Part shown: positions 52,740 to 64,000 of the stretch, in pieces
Numbering within the stretch: position 1 is the first letter of the stretch
How the letters are laid out: each line of letters begins with the position of its first letter
NCBI GenBank assembly: GCA_964016885.1
Contig: OZ024743.1
Coordinates: forward strand, 103,416,001 to 103,480,000
Length of the DNA stretch: 64,000 bases
Direction of reading: 5' to 3'
From: Eledone cirrhosa
Taxonomy: Eukaryota
Position numbers and translations under genes: made by a program
Notes under the pieces: generated by a model
The model's database searches: none
What the model was told of the DNA's origin: nothing
What the model saw: the letters and a program-made list of their open reading frames with translations, nothing else

Positions 52740-53500
52740 AGCACCATAAGCATCAATAACTACCTCTACGTTTGGTTGAAATCGTTTACAGGTTCGGATT
52801 AAATGGTCCTTGTTCTTATCGGACAGACTCGAATTATTGAAGCTTTCAAAGAATCTTTGATGCTATGGGGGTGTTCATTGACATTTTTCTCAACGATGCT
52901 CCAGACATAGTAGTCCAGTGGATTGAGATCTGGAGAATTGTGATGCCAAATGTTGGGGGTGATGTGATCATGCACATTGTCGGCCATCCATTCTTGTGTC
53001 ATTTGAGCCTTGTGTGATGGTGCAGAATCTTATTGAATGACATAAAGCCTTCCATTGCATACACTGTTGATATAAGGCTTAACAACTTTATCCAGAACCT
53101 CAATATACGCAGCAGCATTCACCCTAAGGCCTTGTGGATAAAAGTGAGGAGGATCACATGTCCTTCATTGTTAACAACACCCAAAACCATGACACTTGCA
53201 GGAAATTGTGTGTGCATTACTCTTGGAACCTCAGAAAGGTCTGCACATAGCCACCTGTCAATTCTTCTGTTAGTTTTCTGATCCTGGTCAAAGATTTTCT
53301 CATCTGAGAAAAACCAAATCACACCTTCTTCTGGTTTGATTTTTAAGTATTTTCAAAAGTCTTTTGGATCTGATTAAACGGTTTTCTTTTGTTTTTTTTC
53401 TGACATGAATTAACCTCTCATCATCACATAAGATGTGTATCTGATGCCTTCAAGCACAATATTTCCGATTGTTTTATGCTGACACACCAACATTTTTTGC
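52740..53500 (-). pseudogene. Tc1/mariner DD37D (maT)-like transposase remnant
   Basis: WFFSDEK..SVMVLGVV..DSAPSH..NSPDLNPLDYYVWSIVE. Confidence 0.75.
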
Positions 53501-53529
53501 ATACATATATATACATTTATATATTTATA

Positions 53530-54064
53530 TAAACCTTTTCCGGGCCGAACTCGCCGCTCTCCACTCTCTCCGAAGCAGTGATGAGATGGTCATTAATCCG
53601 TCAGACAAGAGGTGCGCCGTAGTAGTGTAGCGCAAACCTATACACGATGGAGGCTCTACAACAGTTCCATAACCGTCTCCTCCATTCTGATCCCATCCCG
53701 CAATAACAGCAAGAAAGTATACTCCACCGGACAACAAATCGTCAACTACTTCCTCCTACCTCTTACCACCACCAAGCTCATCGTTAGCCCACCACGCAGC
53801 CCGCCATCTATATCCTTCCCCAAATCCACAAACCCGATTCACCTGGCGGCCCCAACGTCTTCGTCTACGACTGCCCCCTCGGAACTCATCTACGCCTATC
53901 TCGACTCCATCTTCGCGCCCTTATTAGCCTCCAACTCCTCCCACATATCTGACACCAACCACACCCTCCAACTCTTTGACGCGTCCATCTTTCTACCTGG
54001 CAAACCCCCTTCGTCACCCTCGACATTAAATCCCTTTACACGGTTATCCACTACGCCGACGGCC
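53530..54064 (+). pseudogene. Neptune-like PLE RT fragment
   Basis: INPSDKRCAVVV, IYILPQIHKP, PSELIYAYLDSIFAPL..SHISDTNH, FVTLDIKSLYT across frames. Confidence 0.7.
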
Positions 54065-54530
54065 TATGTGGAATTGCATGGTTAAGCCTAGATTGGAGAG
54101 GGTAGTTTCTGGAAAACAATATATGTGGCAGCATGATTCACCTCCCTTCCACACAACTGAGAAGATAACTTTTACGACTTCACTAGCCCCAGCGTTTGGT
54201 CCAATGACTCTCCTCATTGCAATTCTATGGATTATTATATGTGGAGCGTGCTTGAGAAAGACACCATCAGCACTGCCTTTAACACCAAGACCCAGCTGAT
54301 CGATAGTATTAAGGATGTATTTAAGGCACTCTCTGGGGACACCGTGAAAACCGCATGGTCCAGATTCCGGCGCCGGATCGAGACCGTGATGGATGCTGAA
54401 TGAATTCTTTGAGTGAATTTGTTCTTTTAATTATTCTAATCTTTATTCGACTTTCTATTTTTCCAATAAATTTATTTTTGGCTGAGATAGTCACATTTAC
54501 CCCTTTATAAAACTGTCAAATTTAGCCATG
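54065..54530 (+). pseudogene. Second DD37D-like transposase C-terminal remnant
   Basis: YMWQHDSPPFH..SPHCNSMDYYMWSVLEK. Confidence 0.65.
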
Positions 54531-54785
54531 TATGTATGTGTATCCATACACACATACATAGTGTATTTTCTCTCGTGTGTCTTTATTCTTGCACAATACA
54601 CTCCTATCGTAAATTTGAGTTTACAGTACTTGTTGGGGCCTTTAACTTAAAATATCAACATAATACCAGAAATAAATAAAAACTTCGCTTTGATTCAATT
54701 TCATGTATTTCCGAAATGAGAAACATAGATAATATATCTGGAAAATGATTCGCTCTAATTCATTTATAATCATCAGTAATATAAT

Positions 54786-55292
54786 GGTTCCTTATATAGG
54801 CACAAGGCCAACAATTTTGGCGGCGGGGGAAATCGATTAAATCGACCCCAGTACGTTACTGGTACTTTATTTTATCGACCCCGTAAGGATGAAAGGCAAA
54901 GTTAACCTCGGCGGGATTTGAACTCAGATCATAAAGGACCGTAACTCTATGCTGCAAAGCATGGTATCCGACCCTCTACCGATACTGCTAATCCACCGCC
55001 ATTATAATCATCAGTAATATAATTGTTTCTACTTTTGGGCACAAGGCCAGCAATTACCCAGTTCATTACTGGTACTTTATTTTATCGACCCCCGTAAGGA
55101 TGAAAGGCAAAGTCAACCTCGGCGGGATTGGAACTCAGATCGTAAAGGGACTTAACTATGCTGGAAAGCATGGCGTCCGACCCTCTAACGATACTGCCAA
55201 TCCACGTAATATAATTGTTTCTACTTTAGGCTCAAGGCCAGCAAATACTCAGTGCATTACTGGTACTTTATTTTATCGACCCCGTAAGGATG
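54786..55292 (-). mobile_element. Three serial SINE family 1 insertions
   Basis: Each copy is bounded by GTAATATAAT-containing duplications. Confidence 0.85.
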
Positions 55293-55305
55293 CAAGCCAA
55301 TCCAC

Positions 55306-55785
55306 GTAATATAATAAAAGCCAATGTGTATTTGTCCGTCACACAATATAGAAGGCTGAGGAATGAAGGGGTGATGACGTCACCTGAGGAAGGAAGGGGT
55401 GATGACGTCGCCTGAGGAAGGAAGGGGTGATGACATTGACTGAGGAATGAAGGGGTGATGACGTCACCTGAGGAAGGAAGGGGTGATGACGTCGCCTGAG
55501 GAAGGAGGGGTGATGACATTGACTGAGGAATGAAGGAGTGAAGACAAACTACAGAAAGGAGCGTTTAACATTCGCTACACCTGTGTGTGTATATGTATAG
55601 CGAATTGCCTACACATTGGCTGTTATGATTATGAGAGTGTTTATGTATGTGTGTATATGTGTGTTTGTGTAAATTATATTTATATATAATATTTGTGTGA
55701 GTGTATATGTATTTGTGTGTATTTATTTAGAAAGATACATAGACGATAGAATTAAAATCACACACACACCTACATACACAGACAC

Positions 55786-55816
<31 letters not shown>

Positions 55817-56135
55817 TACACAGACGTACTTAGAAAAAATAATTATTACATACACACACATATATATATATGTATATATATATATATACACAAACGCACT
55901 TAGAAAAAATAATTATTACATCACACACATTTATGTGATGACTGAGGAAGGAGGATTTGAGAAACTATAGAAGTCCAGCGTTCTAAGATTCGTCACAGCT
56001 GTGTGTTTGTATATTTGTATCAGTTGTGTGAGTGAACGCGAAAGATCCAACCAAGCAACAAACAAATAACTCTTTTTTATATTATGTATAGATATTACAA
56101 TTAGCCGTCATTTTTTACGGCATGGGGCCAGCTAA
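55306..56135 (+). mobile_element. Non-autonomous Helitron family Z, copy 1, with an internal ~27-28-bp minisatellite (55356-55545)
   Basis: TAATATAATAAAAGCCAATGTGTATTTGTCCGTCAC start; 3' hairpin GCCGT..ACGGC then CTAA. Confidence 0.7.
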
Positions 56136-56142
56136 TCATATA

Positions 56143-56645
56143 ATTGTTTCTACTTTTGGCACAATGCCAGCAATTACCCAGTGCATTACTGGTACTTTAT
56201 TTTATCGGCCCCGTAAGGATGAAAGGTAATATAATTGTTTCTACTTTTGGCACAAGGCCAGCAATAACCCAGTACATTACTGGTACTTTATTGTATCCAC
56301 CCCGTAAGGATGAAAGGCAAAGTTAACCTCGGCGGGATTTGAACTCAGAATGGCTAGGGTCGTAACTCTGTGCGTCAAAGCATCTGACCCTCTACCGATA
56401 CTGCCAATCCACCGCCAGGTGAAAGGTAATATAATAAAATATTATTATGAAAGGTAATATAATTGTTTCTACTTTAGGCACAAGGCCAGCAATAACCCAG
56501 TACATTACTGGTACTTTATTTTATCGACCCCGTAAGGATGAAAGGCAAAGTCAACCTTGGCGGGATTTGAACTCAGATCGTAAAGGGACGTAACTATGCT
56601 GGAAAGAATGGCGTCCGACCCTCTACCGATACTGCCAATCCACTG
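56143..56645 (-). mobile_element. Three serial SINE family 1 insertions
   Basis: Separated by GAAAGGTAATATAAT duplications. Confidence 0.85.
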
Positions 56646-56656
56646 CCCTCTGAAAG

Positions 56657-57404
56657 GTAATATAATAATAGCCAATGTGTATTTATCCATCACGTTAAGG
56701 GAAGTAACTTATCTATGTGAAATGTACGAGTGTATAAATATAAACACATACATATACATAAACAAACACATTATACAAAATAATGATTAAATAATGATAT
56801 ACACATACGTCTATGTGTGGGTGTGGAAGGAAGGGGGCTGTGACAAAGTATAGAAAACAGCGAACAATGTATGTGCATGTAATAATTATTTTCTCTAATG
56901 AGTCTGTTTATGTATATGTTTGTGAAGATGTGTGTGTATGTAATAATTATTTTTAACCAGTGTTCTTAGATTAACTACACTTGTGTGGGTGTATGTGTGC
57001 GTGTGAGTGTGTGTGAGAGAGAGAGTGTGTGTGTGTGTATGTGTTGTTCAAGGAAGCAAGTCCCCAGCAATATCAGAATAAGTTAGAATTATCAAGAATA
57101 CAAAACGACCGCAGTTGAAAGGTATATAGAAATACACATCTTCCCTTAATTTAACAGATCATACATGTGCTTAATATATTTATATTAAGAAATGTATGTA
57201 ATAAATTTTAAATAGGGAGTTTTTACAACATCAACTATAAGTCATAGCCTCTTTATGTGGCTTTAAGTCGTACGAGTTAAGGTTGGTTTCAGTAATGGAC
57301 CGTACATTTGAAAGGAAACGTCGTTTAGTGAGAGAAATGCAGACCCTTTTTATATAGTTGATACTACAATTAGCCGTCATTTTTGACGGCACGGGGCCAG
57401 CTAG
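56657..57404 (+). mobile_element. Non-autonomous Helitron family Z, copy 2
   Basis: Same start as copy 1; ends GCCGTCATTTTTGACGGC..CTAG|T. Confidence 0.75.
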
Positions 57405-57530
57405 TTATAAAGATTAATTATAATTAATCATTGTATCTTTTTCTACACCTTTAAGCAGTATGATATTTTTCTGTCGACCACCGATTTTTTTAAGTTCAAT
57501 AATATATGAATCATGAGTGTATGTGTGTAC

Positions 57531-57568
<38 letters not shown>

Positions 57569-57589
57569 TAATATTAACACTTACGTCAG

Positions 57590-58135
57590 AAGACTAGTCC
57601 TTCCTTTATAGGTCGTCCCCCAATTGGACCGGGCCGACAGGATAGATAACATATTAGCCCAGAAGACGGTGAGGGAGACGCGCTGGTACAGCCATTCCAC
57701 CTAGTGGAGCTCGTAACTGTGGGCAGCCAACTCCGCTCCGATAGCAGTGAGCAGGGATGTGGTCTAGGGGTCGAGGACACCGGAAGTCTCCACTGCTACA
57801 GGCTCAATCCCAAACCTATCAGGGAGCGGCCGATTCTTGGACAGTTTGCCCTCTTCGGTCTGGCGGGCAGCGTAGCCTAGTCTGGAAGCCGAACGCATCA
57901 GGTTGCCGCATAGAAGGTGTCACAGCATGTAGCGTCCCAGATGACCTGCCTACCCCCGCGAAACGGAAAGGTTGTCATGCGTTTGGCTTTTTGTTATCTC
58001 CTCGGATCAGCCCCGCTGGCTCGGGCTGGGAAAGGAAGCCTGCCTCGTCCAGGTCATGCTTTATGATCACGTTGAGAGCAGTATGTCGTGGGAGGCCAGC
58101 AGCTTATAACGGCATGTCAATGGGTGGAGATCGAA
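57590..58135 (-). mobile_element. GC-rich LINE 5'UTR-like fragment (RTE-like)
   Basis: GC-rich island; CCAGATGACCTGCCTACC resembles the RTE 5'UTR motif; weak similarity only. Confidence 0.35.
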
Positions 58136-58949
58136 TGAATCATTGTAACAAAACTTCTTTAACAAAGCAGTTTGAACAGAGTTTTTATATTCAGATATAT
58201 ATGTATGTTTGTATGGACTGACGGACCCCAAACTCCTGATGGTGTCGTAGAGGTGCCGTAATGACATAGTGTGTCTTGGACATTTTTTTAAACTTGGCGA
58301 AGCCCATGCACGCACCAACTCTTCACATAGCCGATTCATTTTATTGAGGCGGGGCTGATAGTGAGGTAGTTAGAAATAGATATTTAGGAAGAAACGAACC
58401 CAGTACTGGAGTGGTACGTTTTTATTCACCTTGAAAAAAATGAAAGACAAAGTTGACATCACCAGGCTTTGAACTCAGAAAGCAGAGAGCCGGAACAATC
58501 AGTAGATGTTCACAGTTTTGCTTTACTTTTTTAAAGAAATGTATCTGTTTCCTATGCATCTTATCAATTAATATATTAACAATTTGTTTCAATAAACCAG
58601 TTTTTTATGACTACTACAGAATTATTTTATTGATTTTTTTACAAATCCTTGTAAACTTTAACAAATAAATAATGTAAATGCCAAGTTATTGATTATTATT
58701 ATTGTAGTATAACTTTGCCTTTCATCCTTACGGGGACGATAAAATAAAGTACCAGTCACGCACTGGGGTCGATTTAATCGACTTTCCCGTACCCCAAAAT
58801 TGGTGGATGTGTGCCTATATAAGAAATCATTATCATTGTAGTATAAATGGGTAAATAAAACATAAATTAATTAAAAGATATAGTTGAGCTTTCGGTTTGA
58901 TTTTGTTAATTATTTTCGCAGCCAGCTGTTATATATATATATATATATT

Positions 58950-59119
<170 letters not shown>

Positions 59120-59671
59120 ATATATATATATATATATATAATTTATATATATATATATATATATATATATGTCGCATCCATTCCACCCTGTAAATACGAA
59201 ACTGTTGCTCACAACATCAATTTATATGTATCTATATTATTGTTCAGTTGAATAGGAGGTGAATTATATGTGCAAACATTGATAATGCTCCGATGATTCC
59301 AAACGAGAGTTTGGAAGAAACGATTGTCAGCTATTAAATGATTTGAACACAACTTTGATAATTGTATAATTTATTGATTTAACTGCTCTGTAAAACAACT
59401 GATGTTCATACATTGAGCTATTTCCCTTACTGGTAATAAGGTTATTAAGAAATTACTGACCTTCCTGTTTGTGGCTGTATATACTATATACATAACGACA
59501 AATAGTAATATTATTATTATATATATATATATATATAAGAGAGAGAGATAGAGAGAGAGGGGAGAGAGATAGCTAAAATCCTGACTTCTTAGCGTAAGTT
59601 TGTTCAAGTTCTCACACACTCTCTCTCTCTCCATATATATATAATGTATAATAAACAATACAATATAATTA

Positions 59672-59739
59672 CCTCATTACCAGAGGTTTCCCGAATAAGA
59701 CGAATACGAAAAACGTCCTCATTCGTTCATCGGACAAGG
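59672..59739 (-). ncRNA. Hammerhead ribozyme, U4C variant
   Basis: Reverse complement of 62397-62464 with one stem II difference. Confidence 0.8.
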
Positions 59740-60596
59740 CAATTTAAAACATAGTGAAATATTTGAAAAGTCTCCTCAAGAAAGGCAAGAGTTTGACGGG
59801 CAAAAAATATATAAATAAAAGTAATGCAAAAGATATATAAAAAAATAAGGAAATATAGTTAGGGTATGTGTATATGTATGTATATACACTCACAAATGTA
59901 CATATGTGTGTATGTACAAATGCATGTGTATGGTGAAAATGTGTGCGTAAGTACATATATGAGGGCAAGTATATTTGTGTATATGTGACCATAAATATGT
60001 ATATAATATGAGTTGAAAAAGAAATTGTAAGATAATATAGTTAACATGCATCCAGATACAGGTATTAAATACACATACGAGTATGAAAGCACACGTATAA
60101 ACACACACACACGCGCGGTCACTTATATGCGGAAGATAAAGAGGGAAGGGAGTGTAATAGTAAAAAGAAGTGTCATTCTCGATATATGTATAAAAATGAA
60201 ACAATATATGAGAATGAAAAAAAATGTTTAAATCAAAGAGAAAGTAATCAATTAACACTAGAAAAAAGAAAACAAACATAGGTACGCACGTACACACACA
60301 TATATACGTACAGACAAAAGCGCATGCATGCGTACATACATACACACAAGGCACGTATATATTTATATGTCGCCACATGTATATCTAATCACACGTACGT
60401 ACGCGACTATATATATATATACATATATATAGATTCACACCCATACATACGTATACATATACACACATATACATACACATACACATTCATTCACCCGCAT
60501 ACACACACACACGTATAAATAAGTATGTAAAAAACATAGATATAAAAAACATAGATATAAAAACACACATACACACACATATATATATACGTACGC

Positions 60597-61148
60597 AATA
60601 GAAACTGTGTCAAAATTAGCTACTCCTGCGGTCCCCCTATTAAATCTTATATCATCAATAGGAAATCACCCAGAGAACATCAAAATTGTTCCTGTAGAGT
60701 CAAAAGTGAATGCCCATTACAAGGTAAATGCAACACCAAAGCCAAAGTGACAACCATTAGCAACAACCTACCAGCCACCAGCGAACGATATGTGGGTATG
60801 ACACAAGACAAATTCAAAACGCGTTATTACTCACATGTCGCATCTTTCCGACATCCAGAAAAAAGATTCACAACAGCTCTGGCTAGCAGAATATGGGATT
60901 TGAAAGACCAAGGTATCCAATATAAATTGGATTGCCCAATTTTGAACCAATCTAAAGAATATGCAAGCGGAACAAGAAGATGCACACTCTGCATAAGTGA
61001 AAAATATTGGATTTTACAGAACCTTAAATCAACAAAAACCTGCCTAAATACAAAAACAGAAATTTTCACCAGTTGCCCACACATGAAATCACACTTGCTT
61101 TCCAGCTCATATAAACTTAACTCACTTTCAGATACTTATCCTCCATAA
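60597..61148 (+). pseudogene. PLE GIY-YIG endonuclease fragment
   Basis: NRNCVKISYSC..NCSCRVKSECPLQGKC..YVGMTQDKFKTRYYSH..CTLCISE..CPH. Confidence 0.9.
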
Positions 61149-62396
61149 ACTCTTATACTTCACTTTCCTTAAATTATCCTCTTTGCAGACTTCTCTTTCT
61201 GATTTACTTTCATTTTTAACTTTATTTTTAATTTAATTTTTATTTTTACTTCACATCCACCAGTACCCTACTTTTCGATTCACTTCCCTAATATCTTCAC
61301 ATTCCACATTTTACTTCCCCATTTTCTTTCACTACCTGATATCCATGTCACTTGCGTTTTCCACTCCAGATATATTCTGTTGTCTCGCAGCTGATATTAT
61401 ATTTGTACTCATTTATTCATACTGCTGGTTTATAATCTGTATCTATGCGTGTGAGTGGGCATATGTGTGTATACGTTCTGTATATGTATACGAACGCCTC
61501 CGTATGTGTGCGTGCGTACGTATATATATATATGTATGTATGTGTGTTTTTATATCTATGTTTTTTTATATCTATGTTTTTTACATACTTATTTATACGT
61601 GTGTGTGTGTGTATGCGGGTGAATGTATGCGTATGTGTATGTATATGTGTGTATATGTATACGTATGTATGGGTGTGTATGTATATATGTATATATATAT
61701 ATAGTCGCGTACGTACGTGTGATTAGATATACATGTGGCGATATATGTATAAATACGTGCCTCGTGTGTATGTATGTACGCATGCATCCGCTTTTGTCTG
61801 TACGTATTTGTGTGTATAAATATTTATATATATATATATGTGTGTACGTGCGTACCTATGTTTGTTTTCTTTTTTCTAGTGTTAATTGATTACTTTCTCT
61901 TTGATTTAAACATTTTTTTCATTCTCATATATTGTTTCATTTTTATACATATATCGAGAATGAGACTTCTTTTTACTATTACACTCCCTTCCCTCTTTAT
62001 CTTCCGCATATAAGTGACCGCGCGTGTGTGTGTGTTTATACGCTTGCTTTCATACTCGTATGTGTATTTAATACCTGTATCTGGATGCGTGTTAACTATA
62101 TTATCTTACAATTTCTTTTTCAACTCATATTATATACGTATTTGTGGTCACATATACACAAATATACTTGCCCTCATATATGCACTTACGCACACATTTT
62201 CACCATACACATGCATTTGTACATACACACATATGTACATTTGTGAGTGTATATACATACATATACACATACCCTAACTATATTTCTTTATTTTTTTATA
62301 TATCTCTTGCATTACTTTTATTCATATATTTTTTGCCCGTCAAACTCTTGCCTTTCTTGAGGAGACTTTTCAAATATTTCACTATGTTTTAAATTG

Positions 62397-62464
62397 CCTT
62401 GTCCGATGAACGAATGAGGGCGTTTTTCGTATTCGTCTTATTCGGGAAACCTCTGGTAATGAGG
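62397..62464 (+). ncRNA. Hammerhead ribozyme, U4C variant
   Basis: CCTTGT-CCGATGA-aCGAATGAGGGCG..CGTCTTATTCGg-GAAACC-tct-GGTA-ATGAGG. Confidence 0.8.
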
Positions 62465-62566
62465 TGATTATATTGTATTGTTTATTATACATTAAATTTT
62501 GCTCTGGTACTTACATAGAGCACTCTTCACTCCTATGACTTTTTTCAATTTTCAACGGAAACTTCA

Positions 62567-62640
<74 letters not shown>

Positions 62641-62647
<7 letters not shown>

Positions 62648-62824
62648 ATATAGAAATGGCTTCTACTGGACTAGAACAGTTTCATTCAGGAAGTCCTGAT
62701 GATTTCCCCCGAATGAAACAGTTCTAGTCCTGTAGAAGCCATTTCTATATTAAATATTTATACTCTGCTATGTATTGAGTACCTTACTTACTGTGGTTAC
62801 CCCCGATTGAACCCGGGATAAACT
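62641..62824 (+). mobile_element. Short palindromic pLTR-derived element with an HHR-like core
   Basis: CTGATGA-tTTCccccGAAt-GAAAC; same family as 14302-14532 and 63720-63777; TA flanks. Confidence 0.65.
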
Positions 62825-62842
62825 TATATATATATACAGAGA

Positions 62843-62958
<116 letters not shown>

Positions 62959-63793
62959 CGGTCGATAAAATATGTACCTTCATTAGAGCTCGTGCAACCC
63001 AACCAGCTACAGCAATCTTGATCTTCCGCTGACTCAAGGAGAAAAGGGGTCGCAACTCGATGGGCACCTAAAAAGCTTAGTGAAAGCATAACATATTCTA
63101 ACAAGTCATACACGATTGCGAGTGACTGTTGTAGTAATAACATATGGGTGGAGTAATTTTGACGGAGCGTGATTTACCTGATGTATCAATGTCGAGTATG
63201 CGCCATGCGCCTGCTGTCTGCCACACACACGAAAGAAAGAAAGATAAATAAGTAAATAAATAAAGAACCATATAAATACATAAATAAATAAATGAATGAA
63301 TACTAAGCCAATACGACAATCTCTACGTGATACTCCTATTTGCTTTAAATAACTGCCAAAATTCAGCTTAAGCCGTTGATAAGTAAGGGACAAATTACAT
63401 AACGTGGTCGTAGATGCATGATGACGAGTTGGTCACTGCCTTTGATCAAGTATTTCCAAAATCATTGATCTAGGGTTAAACAATAACATCAACAGCAGAC
63501 ATAATTGTACCTATACACAAAAATATTAGTATTTATAAATGATATAAACAAGAGCATTGGTGGAAACTATAGTGTCAGTGGCGTCTGAGATTGAACATTA
63601 GAATCATTAAGAGCTCATCATTACCATGTCACCAGCACACACATATTAATATATGAGTATATAAATACACACGTATATATACAAATGTCCATATATATTT
63701 ATATAAACACACTCATATATATATTTAATATAGAAATAGCTTCTACAGGACTAGAACTGTTTCATTCGGAGGAAATATATACACTCATACACA

Positions 63794-63829
<36 letters not shown>

Positions 63830-63832
<3 letters not shown>

Positions 63833-64000
63833 CGAAGGAAATGTTGTAAGGAACCAGATGGACCATAACGCACCAAAGTACTCAATACTTAGGGTAGTAG
63901 AGTGGGTAATAGGAACGAGTAGGACCCCGACGGCTGAGCGCCGTTTCGACGGCTAATTCTGGACTAGTTCAGAATTAGCCGTCGAAACGGCTTGAGCTCA
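63830..64000 (-). mobile_element. pLTR fragment of the 19894-23303 PLE family, folded back in the HHR
   Basis: Matches 22589-22730; palindrome GCCGTTTCGACGGCTAATTCT..AGAATTAGCCGTCGAAACGGC. Confidence 0.8.

Larger units (their letters stand above)
59643..62493 (+). mobile_element. 5'-truncated Naiad-type PLE with a ~950-bp inverted pLTR
   Basis: Inverted repeats 59643-60597 and 61513-62493 flank a GIY-YIG fragment. Confidence 0.9.

Noticed and set aside
57980-58120. HDV-like ribozyme in the GC-rich fragment
   Set aside because: Could not place P1.1 GG or a consistent P3.
62968-63092. Short open frame [14 protein letters not shown].. after a TTCATTAG acceptor
   Set aside because: No recognisable homology; chance-length ORF.

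Overview
AT-rich eukaryotic DNA, dense in microsatellites [(TA)n, (CA)n, (GA)n, (CATA)n]. I infer a coleoid cephalopod such as octopus from the repeat style. No confidently identifiable host gene is present. Most ORFs in the supplied track are microsatellite artefacts, and the rest belong to transposons. The window is a stack of mobile elements. Penelope-like retroelements (PLEs) include one near-intact Naiad-type element at 44368-49449, a decayed one at 19894-23303, and several 5'-truncated or pLTR-only copies. Helitrons comprise a decayed autonomous element and at least four non-autonomous families. Also present are Tc1/mariner remnants, fragments of RTE, R4/Dong, CRE and L1/Tx1 LINEs, bipartite RTE-derived elements and many tRNA-derived SINEs. 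The strongest signal not shown by the ORF track is about a dozen hammerhead ribozyme (HHR) motifs, all folded by eye. They include core variants (U3-A8, U4C, A9G) and palindromic stem III loops of the dimer type. Several short palindromic insertions in (TA)n have their fold-back centre at or inside the ribozyme. SINEs have also inserted serially at one site in the 5' end of a Helitron.
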